Source: Armatimonadota bacterium
GTDB lineage: Bacteria > Armatimonadota > SYMT01
NCBI GenBank assembly: GCA_046292385.1
Contig: JBKBRF010000016.1
Location: forward strand, 66,941 to 130,940
DNA length: 64,000 bases
Direction: 5' to 3'
The notes beneath the pieces were generated by a model. The model worked only from the letters and a program-made list of their open reading frames with translations, did not search any database and was not told the origin of the DNA. Of the stretch, positions 58,291-64,000 are shown piece by piece. The translations under genes and the position numbers were made by a program. Each line of letters starts with the position of its first letter. Within the stretch, counting starts at the first letter, position 1.

Positions 58291-58628
58291 GCTGTCTGTT
58301 CTGCCGCCTGGCCGCCGGAGAGATCCCGGCCAACAAGGTTCTGGAAGACGACCACGTGGTGGCGTTCCACGACCTGCATCCCCACGCCCCGGTACACGTG
58401 CTGGTGATTCCGCGGCGGCACGTGGAGAACGTCGGCTCCGCGGCGCCCGGGGACGCCGAACTGCTGGGCCGCGTGCTGCTGGCGTGCCGGGAAGTGGCGG
58501 AAAAGCTGGGGGTCGCGGAGAGCGGATTCCGGGTGGTGCTGAACACCCACGCCGACGCGGGACAGTCGGTCGACCACCTTCACGCGCACGTGCTGGGGGG
58601 GCGACGGCTCGGCTGGCCTCCCGGCTAA
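58287..58628 (+). CDS. Histidine triad (HIT) nucleotide-binding protein
   Basis: CLFC, APVHVLVIP, AGQSVDHLHAHVLGG. Confidence 0.96.
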   Translation: MSCLFCRLAAGEIPANKVLEDDHVVAFHDLHPHAPVHVLVIPRRHVENVGSAAPGDAELLGRVLLACREVAEKLGVAESGFRVVLNTHADAGQSVDHLHAHVLGGRRLGWPPG

Positions 58629-58738
58629 ACGGGGGCCGAAAAGCCCGCAACCTTGACGCGGCGGAAACGCCTCACGTATAGTAGGAGCTGCGGCCTGAGA
58701 GGGTCGTAACAATTTCGAACGGGAAGGGGGGAGAGCAC

Positions 58739-58936
58739 TTGGCCCAGGTTCAAGTTAAGTCCAATGAGTCGCTGGATCAGGCGCTGAAGCGCTTCAAGAA
58801 GCAGCTGCAGCAGTCCGGCATTCTCAAGGAAGCCCGCGAGCACGAGCATTACGAGAAGCCGAGCGATAAGCGTCGCAAGCAGAAGGCGGCCGCGCGCCGC
58901 AAGATGGCGACCGATCGCCGCCGCGCAATGCGCTAG
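58739..58936 (+). CDS. rpsU: 30S ribosomal protein S21 (TTG start)
   Basis: ESLDQALKRFKK...GILKEAREHEHYEKPS. Confidence 0.97.
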   Translation: MAQVQVKSNESLDQALKRFKKQLQQSGILKEAREHEHYEKPSDKRRKQKAAARRKMATDRRRAMR

Positions 58937-59032
58937 GCTCCGGCCGGAAGACCCCTTCCTGGTAAGGTTTTGGGGTCCGGCCGTAAAGAGCCGGATCCCT
59001 CCCACCCCACTCCGCTCCCCGCGGAGCACCCG

Positions 59033-61303
59033 ATGTCCACCCGAGCCGCCAAGCGGAAGAGGAGCCGCGCCCAGGTTGTCTGGAAGCGGTGGGGCGACTG
59101 GCGAAAGATGGCGATTGCCCTGACCACGGGGCTGATCCTCGCCATCCTCCTCACGATTCACGTCCTCCCGGACAAGGTGCCGGTCCGCGCCGGAGAAGTG
59201 GCGCGCGCCGACGTCTTCGCGCCGCGCGACGTCAGCTACCTGGACAACAACCGCACGCAGCTCCTGCGGGCGCTGGTAGCCAACCAGGTGAAGCCGGTCC
59301 ACTCCACGGTGCTGGAGGCGGAGAACGACGCCCGCGAGACGGCGGAGCGGTTCTTCAGCACCGCGCTGAGCCTGCGGGGGACCGACGACGTCGCTCCGGA
59401 CGAGGCGCCGGCCGACGCCGCGGCCCGCGACGCGGGCCGCATCGCCGCGCTCCGGAAGCGCTTTCCGGACATCTCGCCCGAGGCCGCGAAGACGGCGCTG
59501 ACGCTCTCCGACCCGGTCTTCAACCAGGCCCGCTCCGAGACGTTCCAGCTCGTGGAGCGTGCGATGGGCGAGCCGATCCTCCCGGCGGAAGCGGACGAGG
59601 CGCGCAGCGCGGCGACGCAGCGAGCCGCTACGCTGCGCCTCCCCCGTCCGGCACGGCGGCTGGTGGGCGAAGCGGCGGCGCTGAGCATCGTTCCGAACCG
59701 CTTCTTCAACGAGTCCGAGACCGAGACGGCGCGCACCCGCGAGATGCAGCGCGTGCCGGACCAGTACGTCACCATCCGGCGGGGCGACCTGGTGCTGCGG
59801 CGCGGGGAGACGGTCACCCAGGAGCACATGGACCGCCTGCGGGCGCTCAACCTGGTGCGGAACCCGCTCGACTGGTTCACCTTCTCCAGCCTGCTGCTGC
59901 TGGCGTTCGGCCTGGTGGGACTCTTCTCGCTCTACCTCTACCAGTTCCACCCCAAGATCCTGCGGAGCTTCAGCAGCCTGCTCCTGATCTCCGTGGTCGT
60001 CTGCGGCTCCATGCTGCTCTTCCGCATCGGGAGCACGGCGGTCGGCTTCCGCGTCTCGGACGACCAGCTCGGCTTCCTGGGGATGGTCTGCTCCGCCCTC
60101 GGCGCGATGCTCCTCGCCGCGCTGCTCTGCCCGCAGATCGCGGTCTTCGTCGGCGTGGCGCTGGCGCTTCTCACTTCGGTGCAGGTGGGCGAAGAGCTGC
60201 GGTTCGTGATCCTCTCGATCGTGAGCAGCCTGGTAGGCGTGCAGGCGGTCACCACCATCCGCAACCGGGCGGGCATCATCCGGGCCGGCGTCACGCTCTC
60301 CGCGGTGAATATCGTCACCGCGTTCATCGCGCACGGCGCCACCCGCGCCAGCCTGCCGCAGTCCGGCGAGGAGATCTGGCAGATCACGCTCTGGGGCGTC
60401 GTCGGCGGCTTCTCCTCCATCTCCCTCTTCGTGCTCTTTGCGGCGTGGCTGGAGCGGCCGTTCCGGCTGACGACCCCGCTCACGCTGCTGGAGCTGTCCG
60501 ATCCCACCCACCCGCTGCTCCGCCGCCTCTCCATGGAGGCGCCCGGGACCTACCATCACAGCATCATCGTGGGGAACCTGGCGGAGGCCTCCGCGGAGGC
60601 GATCGGGGCGGACGCGCTCTTCTGCCGGGTGGCGTCGTACTACCACGACATCGGGAAGATCATCCGGCCGCACTTCTTCGTGGAGAACCAGTCCGCGGAG
60701 AACCGGCACAACACGATCAACCCCTCGCTCTCCTCGCTGGTGATCGCCTCTCACGTGAAGGACGGGGTGGAGCTGGCGGAGGAGTACCGCCTGCCGCCGC
60801 CGATCATCGCCATCATCCGGGAGCACCACGGGACCTGCCTGATCAAGTACTTCTACCACCAGGCGGTAACGGCCGCGGGCGAGGAAAATGCGTCCGCCCT
60901 GGAGTACCAGTTCCGGTATGAGGGTCCGCGTCCCCAGACCAAGGAGTCGGGTATTATCATGCTGGCCGACTCCGTGGAGGCGGCCTCGCGGACGCTGGAG
61001 AAGCCGACCCCCGGACGCATCCGGGACCTGATCGAGCGGATCGTGCGGGACCGGCTCTCGGACGGTCAGCTCGACGACTGCGAGCTGACGTTCAAGGACC
61101 TGGAGAAGGTGATCTCGTCGATGACGCGGTCGCTGACGAGCCTGCTGCACGCGCGGATCGAATACCCGAACACCGACAGCGCCGGCCTGAGGAGACTGGC
61201 AGCGGATGGAGCTGCTGATAAGCAACCAGTGGGACCCCAAAAGGCGCTTGCCGATACCCCGGAGACGGCTGCGGCAGCTTCTCGCGGCACTCCTGGATTC
61301 TGA
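59033..61303 (+). CDS. 7TM-HD phosphohydrolase (PgpH-like, putative c-di-AMP phosphodiesterase)
   Basis: Extracellular domain, 7 TM helices, APGTYHHS, YYHDIGK, FFVENQ, EHHGT, MLADSVEAA. Confidence 0.92.
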   Translation: MSTRAAKRKRSRAQVVWKRWGDWRKMAIALTTGLILAILLTIHVLPDKVPVRAGEVARADVFAPRDVSYLDNNRTQLLRALVANQVKPVHSTVLEAENDARETAERFFSTALSLRGTDDVAPDEAPADAAARDAGRIAALRKRFPDISPEAAKTALTLSDPVFNQARSETFQLVERAMGEPILPAEADEARSAATQRAATLRLPRPARRLVGEAAALSIVPNRFFNESETETARTREMQRVPDQYVTIRRGDLVLRRGETVTQEHMDRLRALNLVRNPLDWFTFSSLLLLAFGLVGLFSLYLYQFHPKILRSFSSLLLISVVVCGSMLLFRIGSTAVGFRVSDDQLGFLGMVCSALGAMLLAALLCPQIAVFVGVALALLTSVQVGEELRFVILSIVSSLVGVQAVTTIRNRAGIIRAGVTLSAVNIVTAFIAHGATRASLPQSGEEIWQITLWGVVGGFSSISLFVLFAAWLERPFRLTTPLTLLELSDPTHPLLRRLSMEAPGTYHHSIIVGNLAEASAEAIGADALFCRVASYYHDIGKIIRPHFFVENQSAENRHNTINPSLSSLVIASHVKDGVELAEEYRLPPPIIAIIREHHGTCLIKYFYHQAVTAAGEENASALEYQFRYEGPRPQTKESGIIMLADSVEAASRTLEKPTPGRIRDLIERIVRDRLSDGQLDDCELTFKDLEKVISSMTRSLTSLLHARIEYPNTDSAGLRRLAADGAADKQPVGPQKALADTPETAAAASRGTPGF

Positions 61304-61655
61304 GGCGGTCTCCCACGAGGTCGAGCTCTCCGTGGTCTTCTGCGACGACCCGTTCATCCACGACCTGAACCACCGCTACCGCGGCAAGGACAAGCCGACC
61401 GATGTCCTGAGTTTCACACAGGACCCCGAGTCCGGGCTCCTGGGCGACGTCGTCCTCTCCGTTCCCACAGCGGCGCGCCAGGCGGAGGCGCGCCGGCACC
61501 CGCTGGCGGAGGAGCTGGAGTGGCTCTTCCTGCACGGCTGCCTTCATCTCCTGGGGTACGACGATGAGACCGACGAAGGCGCCGAGGAGATGAACGTGCG
61601 CGCCCGGGCAGCGCTGGACCGCCTGGCGGAAGCAGCCCCGGTGGAGGCCGGCTAA
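61206..61655 (+). CDS. ybeY: rRNA maturation RNase YbeY
   Basis: LNHRYRGKDKPTDVLSF, LGDVVLS, HGCLHLLGYDD. Confidence 0.95.
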   Translation: MELLISNQWDPKRRLPIPRRRLRQLLAALLDSEAVSHEVELSVVFCDDPFIHDLNHRYRGKDKPTDVLSFTQDPESGLLGDVVLSVPTAARQAEARRHPLAEELEWLFLHGCLHLLGYDDETDEGAEEMNVRARAALDRLAEAAPVEAG

Positions 61656-61660
61656 CGGCA

Positions 61661-62407
61661 GTGGTGCGATCCAAGCGACCCTCCGAGAGTTTTCGGTACG
61701 CCCTGAACGGCGTGCTGCTCAGCTTCAAATCGCAGCGGCAGCTCCGCGCCCACTTCATCCTGGCGCTGCTGGCGCTCTTTGCCGGATTCGTCTGGCAGCT
61801 CTCCCGGACCGAGCTCGCCATCCTCACCTGCACCATCTTTCTGGTGATCATGGCGGAGCTCTTCAATACCGCGGTAGAGACGGTGGTCGACCTCGTGACT
61901 CCGGATTACCACCCGCTGGCGAAGATCGCCAAGGACGTTGCCGCCGGCGCGGTGCTGGTCGTCTCGATCAACGCGGTGCTCGTCGGGATGCTCCTCTTTC
62001 TCGATCCGGCGAAGCTCACCACGCAGCGCGCCGCCTCCCCTCCGGGAGACGAGACGCTGCGGGTGCTGATCATCGGCTTCCTGATGCTGCTGATCGCGCT
62101 GGTGGTCTGGAAGGTGCGCGGCGGGAAGGGTCGCTTCCTCCAGGGCGGCGTCGTGAGCGGCCACACCGCCATCGCCTTCTTCCTGGCCACCGTGATCTCG
62201 CTGGTCTCCCAGCACCCGCTCACGGTGGTGCTCGCCTTACTGCTGGCGGCGCTCGTCTCCCAGAGCCGGGTAGAGGCGCGCATTCATTCACTTCAAGAAG
62301 TGCTGTTCGGCGCGCTGTTGGGGACGGCGCTGCCGGTGCTGTTGTACCGGGTGGTTCCCCTGATCCTGCAGCAGCTCGCCCGCGGCCCGGCTGGGGCCGG
62401 GAGTTAA
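61661..62407 (+). CDS. dgkA: Diacylglycerol/undecaprenol kinase fused to a PAP2-like domain
   Basis: SFRYALNG, ELFNTAVETVVD, AKDVAAGAV. C-terminal SGH and SRVEARIHS. Confidence 0.9.
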   Translation: MVRSKRPSESFRYALNGVLLSFKSQRQLRAHFILALLALFAGFVWQLSRTELAILTCTIFLVIMAELFNTAVETVVDLVTPDYHPLAKIAKDVAAGAVLVVSINAVLVGMLLFLDPAKLTTQRAASPPGDETLRVLIIGFLMLLIALVVWKVRGGKGRFLQGGVVSGHTAIAFFLATVISLVSQHPLTVVLALLLAALVSQSRVEARIHSLQEVLFGALLGTALPVLLYRVVPLILQQLARGPAGAGS

Positions 62408-62410
62408 CGT

Positions 62411-63757
62411 ATGGACCCTGACCCATGGCTGGGGGGATCCCTGGCCCTTGCCCTGTTCCTGTTGGGAGTGAACGCCTGGCTCTCCGCGCTGGAGACGGCG
62501 GTCATCAACGCCCGCAGGTCGCGACTGGCGCAGGTCGGCCCGCCCGCGCGCGTTCAGCGGGCGGAGCGGCTCATCGAGTCGCCGGATGAGTTCCAGAGCA
62601 GCGCGCACCTGAGCAAGTCGCTCAACGAGTCGCTCATCTACGCCGCGGCGGTAGTGGTCGGGCTCTGTCTCACCGCCGACGAGCGAGCTCCAGTGGCGAT
62701 TGCCGAGCTGCTGGCGACCGCATGGCCGGTACTGCTGGTGGCGGCGGTCTGCGCCTACTTCTGCGTCACGCTGCTCGGCGAGGCGCTCCCGAAGAGCTGG
62801 GCCGCCCTCGCACCGGAGGGACTGCTGCTCCGCTCGCTCGGGTTCATCCAGGTCTTCACGCTGGCATTTACGCCGGTCCGCTGGGCCACCAGCCGGCTAG
62901 GACGGCTCGTGTGGCGCAGTGCCGGCGGCGACCCGGTCCTGACCTCCCGCGCGGCCCATTCCGAAGAGGAGATCAAGCTCCTGGTGGAGGGCTCCGCGGA
63001 GGAAGGGGTGCTCGAGGAAGACGAGAAGGAGATGATCCACTCGATCTTCGAGTTCACCGACACCGTCGCCCGCCAGGTGATGACGCCGCGGATCGACATC
63101 TACAGCGTGGAGGCCGACGCCACCATGGAAGAGGTGCTGCAAGAGGCGATGGAGAGCGGGCACTCCCGGCTGCCGGTCTACGAGGGGACGATGGACCAAA
63201 TCGTCGGCGTGATCCACGTCAAGGACCTCCTCCCGCAGCTCCTCGGAGGCCACAGCACGGCGGTAAGGCAGTTGATGCGCGAGCCCTACTTCGTGCCAGA
63301 AGGTAAGCCGATCGACGAGCTGCTCCAGGAGTTCCGCGCCGCGAAGAGCCAGCTCGCCATCGTGGTGGACGAGTTCGGCGGCACCAGCGGGCTGGTCACC
63401 ATCGAAGACGTGCTGGAGGAGATCGTCGGCGAGATCGAAGACGAGTACGACACCGAGACCGAGCCGACCGCCCAGCTCTCCGATACCGGCGAGGGCACCC
63501 TCGTCGACGCGCGGATGACGATCGACGACGTGAACGAGGAGCTGAACCTCTGCTTGCCGGAGGGCGACTACGACACATTCGGCGGCTTCGTCTTCAGCCT
63601 CTTCGGCCGCCCCGCGATCCCGGGCGAGAGCATCCGCTACGAGAACCTGGAGTTCGTGGTGGAGGCGGTGGAGCGCCTCCGCCTGCAGAAGATCCGGATC
63701 GTGCAGCTCGCACCGCAAGCGCAGGAGGCGGAGAACGGCGCCTCGGTGGAGGCGTGA
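62411..63757 (+). CDS. HlyC/CorC (CNNM-CBS-CorC) family protein
   Basis: SALETA, GEALPK, VMTPR, GHSRLPVY, VVDEFGGTSGLVTIEDVLEEIVGEI. Confidence 0.95.
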   Translation: MDPDPWLGGSLALALFLLGVNAWLSALETAVINARRSRLAQVGPPARVQRAERLIESPDEFQSSAHLSKSLNESLIYAAAVVVGLCLTADERAPVAIAELLATAWPVLLVAAVCAYFCVTLLGEALPKSWAALAPEGLLLRSLGFIQVFTLAFTPVRWATSRLGRLVWRSAGGDPVLTSRAAHSEEEIKLLVEGSAEEGVLEEDEKEMIHSIFEFTDTVARQVMTPRIDIYSVEADATMEEVLQEAMESGHSRLPVYEGTMDQIVGVIHVKDLLPQLLGGHSTAVRQLMREPYFVPEGKPIDELLQEFRAAKSQLAIVVDEFGGTSGLVTIEDVLEEIVGEIEDEYDTETEPTAQLSDTGEGTLVDARMTIDDVNEELNLCLPEGDYDTFGGFVFSLFGRPAIPGESIRYENLEFVVEAVERLRLQKIRIVQLAPQAQEAENGASVEA

Positions 63758-63802
63758 GATTGCGGGCTGATTGCCGGCGTGGGAGGCCTCGCTCTCGATC
63801 GG

Positions 63803-63885
63803 GGCCTCACCCTCGGTCCCTCTCCTGAGAGGAGAGGGAAGCTATGGGTGTGGAGCCGGCCTGCTCCCCCTTCCCTCTCAGAGGG
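63803..63885. repeat. REP-like element, CCCTCACCC/CCCTCTCC...GGAGAGGG family, copy 2
   Basis: ggcctcaccctcggtccctctcctgagaggagagggaagcta, an inverted copy of 33311-33380. Confidence 0.8.
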
Positions 63886-64000
63886 TGTACGGAACTCTAG
63901 AAAACAGTCGTTCTATTCTGTGACTAAGCTGAGGTACGCCGCAGTCGCTGCGAACGCGCTGGGCGCCCTCTGCCATGATGAACAAGACACGCAAACGCTA

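Overview
High-GC bacterial chromosome segment with about 55 genes. The lineage is probably Armatimonadota. This is inferred from DUF1559 prepilin, DUF1501/PSD1 and PQQ-propeller proteins occurring alongside a Firmicutes-like mtaB-hit-rpsU-pgpH-ybeY-dgkA-corC cluster. Housekeeping content includes pyk (partial), aroC, argS, tilS, mtaB, rpsU, ybeY, tRNA-Asn and tRNA-fMet. There is also a sugar ABC transporter, DNA-repair genes (Ada-type methyltransferase, AdaA-AlkA fusion, uvsE), HicAB and an ECF sigma/anti-sigma operon. The most unusual signals are: (1) four tandem HEAT-repeat genes whose products all end in the same cap helix plus exactly three LPxP motifs at 13-14 aa spacing; (2) a GxxExxY nuclease-fold gene bracketed by long inverted repeats, with a related gene-less nested element elsewhere and several other short-period inverted-repeat families placed just after stop codons; (3) a GGDEF-STAND-STAND-TPR (NLR-like) protein; (4) a TipA/Mta-like MerR regulator with a cupin sensor and an internal RBS; (5) a perfectly symmetric 24-bp operator pair between the divergent ada/alkA genes. 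No CRISPR array, rRNA, integrase or intact transposase was seen. All family calls come from reading motifs by eye, not from database searches.
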